The notes under the pieces were generated by a model, which made no database searches, was not told the DNA's origin, and saw only the letters and a program-made list of their open reading frames with translations. A stretch of 62,037 nucleotides of DNA, filler included, from Choristocarpus tenellus KU-1152 (taxonomy: Eukaryota; Protista; Phaeophyceae), in NCBI GenBank assembly GCA_964200185.2. It is 8 parts of 8 records of this genome, joined end to end, with 100 filler letters (N's around TTAATTAATTAA, not from the genome) between each part and the next. Parts side by side here need not be neighbours in the genome. Positions count along the whole stretch, not along the records: positions 1 to 16,042 come from CAXNAD020000884.1; positions 16,143 to 24,266 come from CAXNAD020005105.1; positions 24,367 to 33,923 come from CAXNAD020003580.1; 5 more parts are not named here. One strand, written 5' to 3'. A program made the position numbers and the translations under genes. Positions 12,728-25,216 of the stretch are shown here, one piece after another; position 1 is the stretch's first letter; each line of letters begins with the position of its first letter.

Positions 12728-12895
12728 CTGCCCCGGAGCAGAAAATATACCACAGAGTGCTCCCCACTCCCACTGTGAGCAGGATAACTGCGAAGGCTAG
12801 GGCCCACTGCACTCCCAACAACACCGGGAGCGTCCGAATACCGGCAGCAGCATCGCCTTCCACATCCGAGATATCCATGATGATCTCTCGGTGGG
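12728..12895 (-). CDS. Single exon of a UbiA-family prenyltransferase
   Basis: AG|...|GTATTT-bounded 168-nt exon encoding HREIIMDISDVEGDAAAGIRTLPVLLG (second Asp-rich UbiA motif) followed by a hydrophobic helix. Confidence 0.8.
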
Positions 12896-13045
12896 CTGAT
12901 GCACAAGGGCGAATGGGGAGGGAGACAGCAGAGAGTGAAGCGTGATGGAGGGGGTGGCAGAAAGGGGAGAGGGGTACGACAAACAAGTTGGGAAGCCCTT
13001 TGCATCCTTACCGTGGGAACAGTTGGTTTTAAAAACAAATTTATT

Positions 13046-13082
<37 letters not shown>

Positions 13083-13258
13083 CCAGTAGTTAAAAAACAA
13101 CACATACACACACAGTGTGCACAAGGAAGGACACGCAGTACTCTCGAGTACTTTGATTTCTTTTTGAAGGTAGGTGTGGAACGGATGGAGAATGGAAACA
13201 GGTCGACAGGTTCTTCAGACTGAAGGGGAGCGCGAAGACCCACAGGAGGAAGGGAATG

Positions 13259-13317
<59 letters not shown>

Positions 13318-13359
13318 AGCAGGAGTGTGAGGAATCCCTCAGAAAGTAACTCGGGGGAA

Positions 13360-13522
13360 GGGTCAACGTATCTGGGCGGGGGGTGTCGGCATCCGTTTTT
13401 CACTTTTTTTAATGTGATTTGGTCGCGCGTGTCGGGTTTGAAATGTCAGCAAAAAAAGAGTTGTTTGACCGAAACGGACGCCCCCTCACAAATCACGCCC
13501 CCCCCCCCAGATACTTTGACCC
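13360..13522. mobile_element. MITE family C, full copy (partial copies start at 12613, 13630, 41274, 48851, 61998)
   Basis: TIRs GGGTCAACGTATCTGGG / CCCAGATACTTTGACCC with subterminal TCCGTTT / AAACGGA. Confidence 0.8.
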
Positions 13523-13789
13523 AAAGTTGGGCATAAAAATACTCAATGCTGAAGCTTTACTTGCTGGAGTCCGGAAGGAGCAGCAGCATCAGCAGCAGAG
13601 GCACCCACAGCATCGTGGTAGAGTTAGAAGGTCAAAGTATCTGGGGGGGGGCTGTCCGCGTTCGTTTTTCACTCTATCTGCGAGCCTGGTGCAAAAAATG
13701 CAGCGCAGTTTGGCAGAGCAGTGCTAACTAAGACCCTTCACTAGCCCTTCCCCGTCAAGATCGCAAATGGATTATCTGAGGCCATAGGG

Positions 13790-15683
13790 AATGTGACTAG
13801 TCCTGTAAACGTGGCACTCCACTTGGGCTATGGGCCCGTGGTGGTGAGAAATCTCATCTTCGCAGTTATACCAGGAAAGGATGATGTGTTAATTGTGGGC
13901 AGCAAGACATTGCGGGATGTGTTAGGCTTTGACATGAAGCAATTCTTTGAGGAGGTGGCCCGAAGGAAGACAGAACTGCACATCGCAGGTCTGGAACAAG
14001 AGATTACTTCTATGCGGCGTATTAGTGTTAGCGTGGAGGTGATGCAAAAGAGCATGGGGACTGCTCATCTGGACAGAGGTGACGACTACACTACTGGAGC
14101 AAGGCCCTGAGCTCATGATGGACCCTGCAGAGGAGGAAAAAAAACGAGGCTTGGGCTTAGAAACCTCCTAACAAGAGGCACATCGGGCCGGGATGCCCTT
14201 GGGGGCGCCTACAACAAATGATAGCAACCTGGACCAATGTGTTCCGGGTATTCTTAGGGCGTGACTCGTCTGCCAAGGTGGAGCCCATACGGGTGGTGAG
14301 CACTGAAGGAAGGGGCGACTCCTGTGAAGGCCAGACCCAGGGCATCCCTTCCAGAGCGACACAGCTGGATGGCAGGATTTGTGGGGGCCTGCTGGTCATA
14401 CTGGGGATGCCGAGGTGAACCCCAAAGGATGTATGGAGCAACCTATCATTGCCTTTGCCCAAGCCTGAGGGGCGGGGCTATTGGCTGGTGACAGATTTCA
14501 GCGCAGTGAACATTGTCTCACAGGCGGTGGAGCTCTCACACCCCAGGGAGGAGTGTGCTGTGCTGATGTCTCCAGACGCCTCTGACAAGCGCTGGGGTGT
14601 TTCTTTATATAGATCCCTCAGTTGGAGCTGAATGGAGGCGTGGCAGTGGAAAATATGAGTCATGAGCCACTGAGTAGCTCTTTCCAGGGATCACAGCTAC
14701 AATGGGCCATGGTGAATAAGGTGACGGTGCGAGCCGTAGCCGTGTCTATGGAGGTGCAGGGAGGGGACACCCTGCTATTGAGAAAGGCGGTGCATGAGGC
14801 ACAACAAGTGGCCAGCAAGGCCCTAGGGAGTGTGACGGTGCATGAAAGCGGAGGATTGACGACCTCTGCTGGCCGTTTACATCAAGACCAGGATGGTATG
14901 GTGCAGGTTGGTGCTGTGGTTACAGCCCCACCGCAAAGGATCTGCAGACACGCCTGATGATGTGTGCACACATAGGCGAAGCTGGGCATCGTTGCAGAGC
15001 AGGAATGGTGCAGCGGTCACAAAGAGGTTGTAGTTATATGTGCAGACAAGGAGCTGAATGAGACCACGGAGATGAAGCCAACATTCCAGTACATGCAGAA
15101 CCAGGAGGAATTTGAAATGTCTGATATCCTGGCAGTGCGCGGGGTAGAAGGATATATGAATACCAGGTTTTGGTGGATTGGTTTGGGTTAAGTGAGGACG
15201 AAAAGACATGGGAGTCGCTTTCTTCCATTTTAGAGGATGTCCCTGTCTTTCTGTGTACACAGTTGAAGAAACAGAAGTTGCATGCTCAAGTGCGCAATGC
15301 GATTAGGCGTCAGTACAATATTGAGATTTGGGTTGGATATTGTGTCCTGTTCTTTGTCGAGGTGGCAGTTTTGCTACTGTTGGTAGCCTGCTTGACTCTG
15401 GGGGTGTTGTAGACACAGCATCGAGGGTTTTCCTAACATAGCTGAGGCGTTTGCATTATTTATGTTTGGAGCATATGTGGTCCTTGACTGGACCTCCATG
15501 CTTCACTCCCTTAACAGAGAACAGAGCTGCAAGCCTCAACGTGGGGCGGAGTCCTTACATGCTCTATCATAGACCAGTTCCTGTGGTTGATCCGTTATTA
15601 TAAATCTCTGCATGAAGTCCGAGCCTACTAAAGGAGTACTAAGCCTATGTAATGTCTACCATATGTCGTACTACTCCGATTAC
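13790..15683 (+). mobile_element. Decayed, internally deleted Ty3/Gypsy (chromovirus-type) LTR retrotransposon; possible 3' LTR ~15408-15683
   Basis: Ordered remnants: protease end (DDVLIVGSKTLRDVLG), RT (PKPEGRGYWLVTDFSAVN), RNase H (LSHP..LMSPDASDKRWG), chromodomain (LVDWFGLSEDEKTWESLSSILEDVP); then a G-run and a TG...CA segment. Confidence 0.75.
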
Positions 15684-16042
15684 ATAGTAATAGAAGTTCT
15701 AGATATATTGGAGTGGGCACAAATGATGTAACAGGGAGTAGGCGACGCATACACAAAAATATAAGTCATGCGCTGGATGTATATACGTGGACTGGATACC
15801 TTTCTTCGTGTCAACCAAACTATGCCATTTTGAACTGTATCATTACTATTGACAAAACAAAATTTTGTGATGTCTCCAAAAATACAGTATTTTGCATGCT
15901 GATTCATCACCTACGGACAAAAATACTACAAACCACCTTTGAAGTAATCACTTTGTGAATCCAGCTGCTGTTACAGGCGCCCCTCGATGCTCACCTTCCA
16001 GGATGTACAACTCAAATCCAACGACCTTAAAACGATGCTATG

Positions 16043-16142
16043 NNNNNNNNNNNNNNNNNNNNNNNNNNNNNNNNNNNNNNNNNNNNTTAATTAATTAANN
16101 NNNNNNNNNNNNNNNNNNNNNNNNNNNNNNNNNNNNNNNNNN
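16043..16142. other. Artificial contig linker (also 24267-24366, 33924-34023, 41327-41426, 50041-50140, 55318-55417, 58206-58305)
   Basis: Identical 100-bp N44-TTAATTAATTAA-N44 blocks carrying stops in all six frames. Confidence 0.97.
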
Positions 16143-17435
16143 ATTCGTTTGTGGTACGTATCACTAGCAAACAGAGTGAGTAGGAAAGTGGGTGATTTGA
16201 ATATGGACACCGAAGAATGGGGCAATTTGAGACGGCATTAAGAAAAGCAGGATGGTTTGCATTTTTGTGATGGATATTTTTCTCATGGTAACACCTATTG
16301 TAAACTACTGAGTTAAACGTACTACTACTGGTGTGTACATGGTAGACATGTGAGCCGACCGTATCTCTTAAGAACTGTCATCATGAAACCGATCATTTAG
16401 TTTGTACTTGATTGAAAAATGCAGTGGATGGACTTTATTATGTGAAGAAGTGCTCTCTTATGTGAGAGGGGGATGTCTCGTTGAGTAGTTGTGATTGTCC
16501 TTGTGACTCCCTAGATACTTTGAGCCCGAACTGTTGTGCTTCTCATATATACATGTGTGTATTTGTCAAATATATCTGTTTGTGCTGGGCTTGTTGTACG
16601 TACCCACCATCTCTATGCTGTGTATCCACAACATCAATAGCTGTGTACCAACTAGAGTTCCGTATACGAACAATGCAAACTTCACGTACATGATGAGCAG
16701 GTAACCTCCTCGCTGGTTGTCAACTTCTTTTACAGGTGATACCAATACTATCATAAAAAGCACCTTCAAATGAATGGAATGCATCAAAAACATACTACAA
16801 GCGAGTGTAACATGTTCTTCACAATGCCCATTTAACAAACACAAACAAGCACTTGCGCATTTCTTCCTGCATATCAACACAAACACAGACACTCTAAATA
16901 TGTACCTACACAATACCATAGATCATACAGTAAACCACCAATTAAAAGTGAGTAAGCTCCCATGGTATATCACAAGCAAGAGAAAAACCCCCCATGACAA
17001 TGAGACCCAAGAGGGACACCTTACACCACGACCATGTCCCACCTAGTACTTGTAGTATGATTTCCTAAAGTCTACGAGTGTCTACATTTTAGGTAACTCT
17101 GTTCACACAGAAAACTGAAAAAGGGCATAAAAGGACGTGGGAAGCCTGGCCACAAGCGGACAACAGGGTAAAACACCTACCCTCGTAAATGCTTCGACTC
17201 ACCTCACAATACACTCAAGTAAACTACCACATTGTATCAAATGTCTACCTGCAATATATACACCTCGCGCACCCCACGACAACACTCTCAACAAATATTA
17301 AAGTTTTCCCAACCTCACTCTCATGATAAGTCTGCGGAGAAGTTTGTAAAGAAGTATGATCAACCCTGTTATTGTCAAATCAAGAGAGTATCTGGGGCGT
17401 GCTTGGGCCCCAACCATCAAGGTGTTAGTAGCAGT

Positions 17436-17615
17436 GGCTGAAAGAGTATCTGCTGGGGGGGATGGCTGCTGTCCATTTGGAGCCAGTTTATTTATGTCGC
17501 GATTTTTGTGTGATTTGGTTGCATACTTCGATTGCATAATTTAAATGAACGTTTCCTGACTTCGGGGCAAATGGACACCCTGGTGTAGACCCCCCTTCCC
17601 CAGATACTTTGGGTC
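17436..17615. mobile_element. MITE family A, full copy
   Basis: Collinear with 10-194; flanks AGT/AGT. Confidence 0.8.
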
Positions 17616-20600
17616 AGTAATCTTTGAAACGGAGGTAAGTGAGGGGGTAAACACCACTCTGGTCGTGTAATCAGCGGATGAGATGACAGGAGAGTCAATT
17701 TCCATTGGGTAACGCCCTTTTCTTAATTGACCAAAGACCACACAGGCTGGTGTCTTGTGATTTTTTATTTGTCAAGGGTGAAGAGTGCAGTCCAAAGTAT
17801 TTGAAATAATAATGATAATAATGTAACAGAAGAGAGGCAATAATATTTTGACAATTGTCATATCTTCATTCATTCCATCAGAGAGCATACTAACCCTCAA
17901 CATTAAAGTGAAGTGGAGTAGAGTGGAGTAGACGAGCAAAGAAGAGCAAAAACAGGAGTTCAGAAGAGTGGAGCCGGAATCACTAAAGTGTGGATACACC
18001 AAGGATGAAAAGTAAAGGCCCAAATATTTTATTAAATATTTTTGCCAAAGAAATTGGAGATTGGATATGAACAAGAAAAACTTACAAGGTAGATCTCTGA
18101 CAGAATAAAAAAAAATTAAATAAAGTAAAATTAATTTAAATATGAAACTAAACTAAATATGCTGTTGGTGGTTACATTTAACGTCTCTAACTAAACACAA
18201 CCTTTCTCATGTTATATATTTTTATATTATTTTATTTGTATATTCCTGGGAGTGTCCATGTGGTGAGGACCAACGCGCAGACCAAGAGTACTTTGAATGT
18301 CCCATTTGGACAATGAACTGCATATCCTCGTAGTTGTGTTTGAGGTTATACTACACTATGATATAAACGTCACAACGTATTTTCAGATACCCCACTGCAT
18401 CAAACTGAATTCCCATTTTTCAAAAAGCTAATCTCTACACTTCCAATGATGAAAACTGTGGCAGTGGCTGGGTGTACAACTCGAGAGGTTGGTTACCTCT
18501 TCTTCTCCTTCTGCCATCATTGTGCTGTAATGTATTGGAATATTTTTGATATAGTCCAACAGGTCTCGGACATGACATGTCCTAATACCCCCAACACCAA
18601 CTGTAGCAAAATAAAAAATATATTGTGAAGTAGAATAAAAATGAGAAAAATGAAATTATACAGGATTCTATTTTACAAAAAAGCACCAAAAATTAATGTA
18701 TCACAAGTAAAGAATTTTAGAGAGGCCTTGATTTCTTTCTCCACTACACTATAACATACTACTACATAAAAGCATTTCCTCACAGATTTCTCAAGTAGAA
18801 AGGTGAGGAGTAGGTAAGCAACAGAAGGGCATTTGGGGAAAAGGTGGGTAGCGGACTGAACATCGAAAATCTCTGATTGCTACCTTCTAGAATAAAATGA
18901 TAATACAAGGTATATTGCTGTCAGTATAGAGTGTACTATGAACATGTAATTAGCTTTCTCAGAAATTCGTGCTGACTGCACACCAAAATCGGCATTTGTA
19001 GATATTTGGTCTGGGGTGGAGGAGGGGAGGGGGGGGGGGCAAGAGCGCGGTAATTTCCAATTTTATTCATTTGAAGCACAGCAGCAGGAGAAGTGGTCAT
19101 ACTTACACCAACACTGCATTTCTGACTTCAAAATACATGGATGAGTAAGAAAAAGCTCTAATATATATATATATAGATATCCCCATTTGTTCAACCTCAG
19201 TCTACAACAAGTCTTTTATATGCAAACAGCAAGGAGTTAAGGACCTTTCATAGAACTGGCAGTTAACCAGACCAGCAGATAGGAAGGGGGCCACAGATCA
19301 GCCCACACAGGCTCAGATACAATCTCTCTGACCAGCACCATCAAACAATATTTCACCAGGGCTGGCCAGTGACTCAGACGAGACTGGTAAAAATCTGGGA
19401 CAGCCCTAGACCAGCCCTGTTAAAAGACACCTCACTGATGCCAACCTGCGGACCAACCTAGGTGTAAATTTCTGGTGGACCAGGCCAGGAGTTGTCCTGA
19501 TAAAGCACACATTTACTGAGGTCAGCCCAAGGCCTGGTACGGTGACTTTACCCAGTTCAGTGGAAATTCCTACTTGCTAACTCTGTGATTCATAGACACC
19601 TGACACTAGGGCACAAAAAATATCATCAACATCCTAGGGTAGCTGGCTAGGTATGTAGGTAGGTACGGTATTCTAAGTCCTACTGGGATAGAATAAATAG
19701 ATAATACCGTAGTGAAGGATGTAAGAAGACAGAAAGTTTAATATCCCAGATCAAAATATATACATAAGAAACAAACTGCTGCCAATCGTCTTCACCTCAG
19801 GAGTACACTCACATTAGTTTCCATTGTTTTGTGCAATTTTATCTCTAACTACAGCTGTACCTTACTTAGAGTTGTTACACAATTTATGCAATCTTCGTCC
19901 CCTACACATCAGGCCTGGCTTCCACACATAATCATTCCTATGATGTAACAATGTCTTTGCCCCCAAAAAACACATCATAGACGGAGAGGGAAGGATGAGG
20001 GGGTTTCATCGCACCTCTCATCGACACATCTCATCATGATGTAAAACGCGTGGAGCCTGCATCCACATGGAGACTGAAGTTGGGAACACCTGGTTCAATC
20101 TACTTTGGTGGGGGACCAAAGAAGGTGACCCCATTGATGGCAGTTATGGTGAAGAGGTTCCAGCGAAAGCAAGTTCGGTGTGTGCTGAGCATAGGGACAT
20201 TCAAATTCCACTGCCTCTATTTCCTCTTCATCTCATCCTGTACTACAAGCCGCAACCATTATGTCACCCCTTGTTCATGATCTCCTTCCTCTTCCCAGCT
20301 ACTCAACAACAGGGGCTAGCCCGTGCAGTTGCTAGAGTGTTGGTTGGAGACATGTAGAACTCCCCCTCCCTGGACAATAACTATTGCCACCGCGGAGAAT
20401 CACTTGGAAATTTTTCGTGAAGATCTCAACTTCGACATGCGGCTTATATAGTGATATTCATAGTTTGGATAATGCTGGTCTTCATTTCAATAGGACTGGT
20501 GGTAGCAGCGATACGCTGCACGCCTTGGTAGAAGGGGTGGGCTCTGATGATTCAGGGAGTGGTCGGTCAAGTACTGACTGAGATATATATCAGGAAAGAT

Positions 20601-23600
20601 ACTCGGGTGAGATGTCCTGTACGAAATTTCACATTTGATCTACTACGCGTTTGTCCTGTGTTGTATATCTGTGCGATTCTTGAAGGTATGTTCTTGTAAT
20701 AACTATATGAACCGTATCACAAAGATTGAATCGTAAGATAACCTATACATGAGCTATCTATCCCCTTCATAGCGTTCTGGAATGACACAGAATGACACAT
20801 GTGCAAGATGTCAGAGGGCATAATAACATATAGAACACACAGAATGATCGAGATTCTTGATATAAACGTAAATACAGTAAAAATAGAAATACTACCAAAA
20901 CTGAAAAAAAATATATAGACCTTGAAGAGGTTCCACAATACGTTAGCATACTCTGCAAAAAGGTGTGGGTGAATAGAAATACATCAACACTACAAAATAC
21001 ATAAACAGAAATTTCAATACTTCAACTACTTCACTCCAAAATTGTTGCACACCTTCAAATGCAATATGAGTCTGAGGACAACCTCACCATTGCATACAGT
21101 CGTACCAACATATTCCACATGGCTTCGTATTTTCTACAAAACAGATACCATTATGGTACATCAACACCATGTTGCATACAATTTCTTTATGAACAATTGG
21201 TAGGTACAACAATGTAAACCTAATCTCTACAGACCACTTTCTTCATCAAAACTGTAGATGAGTTGGAGAAAATGGCATAGAATTGTACACACTCTTCAAC
21301 ATGTGAAAAAAAGATTGCAAGAATATTTAGGAAACGATGGTACACAGTGCACCTCAAAGATACGCAAAACTATTATGGGTACCATTGAAAAAAATGTTTA
21401 CGTGACAAAGGTATCCTAGGATTGTGAAAAATATGCCACCGCAAAGACGTTCTCCAGTACCCAAAAAACATCCCCAACAGCATGCGGAAAAGTACAAATA
21501 CTTCCCCAACAATATGTTGAAGAGTACGAAAACTTTGTCCAACACATCAGAAAAATAACAAAAATCACCCCCAAAATCGTTGGAGAATGTCCAGAAAGCG
21601 TTCCTAAAGACGCGCCAAAATAATTAGTGAAATCCCTCAAATGGTTCCAAAGTGACCCAGAAGTGGTTTCAATGGTGGTTCGAAAATGAGGTGAAGATTT
21701 AATTGTCGTGGTACCTAATCAAGAAGGGATTCCCCTGTTCTTGTCAATATGATGAATGTACATAATGTCAGTACAAAAACAGTATTGCATATAGGATGGA
21801 TGTGTATGGAGATACTCTGTACATTGTACTCCAGTATGTATCATAATGAATGATGTGTGTATAGTGTATGTTTGATGGATAGACCATTCCTAACCGTTGT
21901 CATCTGGACCACAAAGCTGGGCATGTTCTAAGTCCTGAAACAGGGACGTGCTTTCTACAATGGGAGGTATATCATTGTCAAATGAATACTGGTTGAGAGG
22001 GTCGTGCTCTTGATGCTCTAAACACGTCTACCTCTCTCTATGTTAACCAGGAAAGTACCCCCAGGACTCACACGGATACAGTTCAGCTGAGAATGTAGTG
22101 TTGTCTGTATCTGAGGAGTTGTGCGACTTCGCTGGTGGTATCCCCAGACTGCTGTTATAATTCTCTGACGCGGATCCGGTCTCAATGCACATTTCAATTT
22201 TGTGTGCTTCATTGTTTTGGTGCTCTTCACCACCCATCTACTCAACGATCTGCCCTGTAATTTCTTCCCTGTGGGAGAATATCCTACATGACGTACTTAC
22301 AAACCAAACTGCACGAACACAACCTATCAGGAACCATTCCCTCGACCCGCACAGATGCAGTTAGTGGACTTTGTCCTGCCATTTTTAAGGGCTGTATAGG
22401 TACATCCTACACTTCACACCCGATAAATATTCCATCCCCTGTGGTGTGATACATACGGGAATTATAATTGTCAAGTGAAGTTTTCTTCGCCTTTTCGTAT
22501 CGGAAATGAGCAAACCTATAACACGCAAGATTATTTTGAAAGACAAGTCACACACCTTCTCTAGAAGAACATCCCCGACGCCCGTGAGACTGGGAGAGGA
22601 CATTGACAAGTCACCAAGTTGCCCGGACGCATGCTGGACGGGAGACACGCACAGAGGTTTGGACGAAGAGAAAGATTCGTCATTTGCCATGTCGCTGCCG
22701 CTGTCATTGGTACAGGAGACCATAGGATTTCCTCTCCCCTTGGATACCAGGGAGGATGACGAGGAACAATAGCTATGATGGTGCCCTACACCTTTCTGCA
22801 CCACGGCAGACCCAGAGACATTGAAAGGGGGAGGGAAAGGGCGAGCATGGGTCAATGGGAGTGTCCACAACATTGAGTCTGGTCAAGGATCCAACCACCA
22901 CAATCTACCTTTCAAGCGGTACAGCGGAGCGATCCATCATCCAGCCGGCCATGACACACAAAAGCTGGTTGGGGGATTAACCGTACCAGACTCGCTGCTA
23001 ACCTGTGGGCCTCAAGTGAGTTTGAAGATCTACTATACCAACACTCCGCTCGAGATACAGGAGACAACTGACCCGGTGACGTCGACTGCGTAGATACTTT
23101 GAATCACAAGACTCATCCATAGGGAGGGCGCCAGCTCACACTCCTCTGGGCTGTGGGTGAAGTCATTACTCGCAACTCTTCCATAAGCAGTGCAGTAGTA
23201 CCAGTCAGAGATAGATATTGGCGCCACACAAATAGGCCACCACCACTCTGTGTTTGATTATCTGGGTGTGACGTATGAGAAGTGACCAATTAATTGATGG
23301 GGAAAGTGTGGGGAGGTCTGAAAGGTTACTCAATACTTTGATGAACTCAATTACTCAACGGTTTTCGTTTTTGATAATGTAACACGTCGAGATTGGGTCC
23401 TAAGCCCTCAACGTTTAAAACAGGATATGTCATTGGTCCTCGATTTTAAAACCGCGAGGTGTCCTCAGCTCTCAACTTCGAAGTATGTACATATATCTCT
23501 CTATATATATATTAATCGAAAATCCTAATATATTGTAGGCTTTACGCTGTAGGTACGCATCACTACCCAATCTTAAACTTACCTTGGAAGTACTCACCAC

Positions 23601-25216
23601 GACCAGCACACACGTATATGGATGGATGAAGTAAAGATGACAGTATTGTCAACAGAGGATTTGGCACCACTCCACCATAGGACATAACTTTTGTGTTGGT
23701 TTCTTGTTCATATCTATCTTGATCGATCTGCCAATAAAATTTGTTGGACTTACATACCGCGTACGTACGTACGTACTACTACTATCCCTTATAGTATTTG
23801 CATTAATATCACGATACTTCAAAGAGTACCTACATTCTATAGTTGAAGTCCTCCAAAGAACAAAGATCATTAATACCAAAAATGTGTAAGAAACGTCCTG
23901 GTATTACGATATATTTTGCATTTGGTTGGCCAAGGATTTGGATTATTCAGGACGGGTTCCCTGAATGAGAGACGAGTCCATGAACATGGACCCACGCGCT
24001 TGCACCACCACGGTTACTAACAACGGAGGGAAGAAGTAACTCGCCACGTGCCATAACCCGCTGTAAACCGACCACAAAAATATATTCATACATATATTTC
24101 TAAGCCAAAACCAGTTCTCAGCCAAGGGCAACCTAGGCTAGGGCTTGGGGTGGGAAGCGAGGTTTGCGCTACCAACAACATGCTACTCACTTCTTCCTTT
24201 CGAACATTGAACTCCAGGGTGGGATCCATGTTAAAGTATCCCCAAAATCATCAAAGAACATAAAGGNNNNNNNNNNNNNNNNNNNNNNNNNNNNNNNNNN
24301 NNNNNNNNNNTTAATTAATTAANNNNNNNNNNNNNNNNNNNNNNNNNNNNNNNNNNNNNNNNNNNNGCATGTCTGAGGATGATGTTAGTGGACCCCCACC
24401 CCCTGCCCCCGACCCTTTCCCTCAATACTCCTTTTTTCATGTGGAAGGCGGTATGGGATGATGCTATGGTGATGATGTGGTGACTCTCTTGTAACTGGAG
24501 TAGTTGAAGTGTTGGTGGTAAGATAATGGGTTGCTTTGGGGTTTTTTGAGGATGGATGGCGTATTTGTGTTACCTTGTTTGATCTTGGTAAATGTCTACG
24601 TTACACTGTGCATTGTACAGTCTTGATAGGGGTCCCGCCTACTTCCATCTCATTTCACACACAGCATCATCGTGATCCATGGTTACCACCACTGCTAGTA
24701 TTTCTACATCACCTGTTTGACTTATTCAGGTTGGGGAGGGCAATGATGTGGCATAGGTCCCTTGAGCTTGAGCCCTGCCCAATGTTTTTGATGGAAATAG
24801 ACTCGCCCACACCGTGTGTGCTAAATGTAAGTATTTTGAAACTCTCTCCTTTAGTGACCCCTTCCTGTTGGCGCTCGGGTGTCTCTTGGATTTCCAGTGA
24901 CTCCTTCTATCTTTTCCTTTTAAATGTGTGTAGTAACCACTGGAAGTGTGTGTTGATAGGTGTAACTCTGGTGGATGTGCTACTATTCATTTGTAGGTCA
25001 TTGTATGACCAATTCTTGTAATGAAACAAAAGGAGAGGGAGGGCAGGCAGGCAGACAAACGGCTGTTCAAGCTCTCTGTCCGTTTTTCTGTGGGTAGAGG
25101 CGAGGTGACCTTGACAATAGTATCATGGATTTGAATCTTCATGTTTCTTTTTCATGTTGCATTTTTAATTTTTTCTGTATTATTATTTTTTTGCTATTTT
25201 AAAATTATTGTTCCAG

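Noticed and set aside
16043-16142. Conserved TTAATTAATTAA motif as a biological site
   Set aside because: Always centred in identical N padding; it is an assembly linker.
22018-23227. Coding-looking region with overlapping ORFs
   Set aside because: No recognisable motif or consistent splice model; left uncalled.
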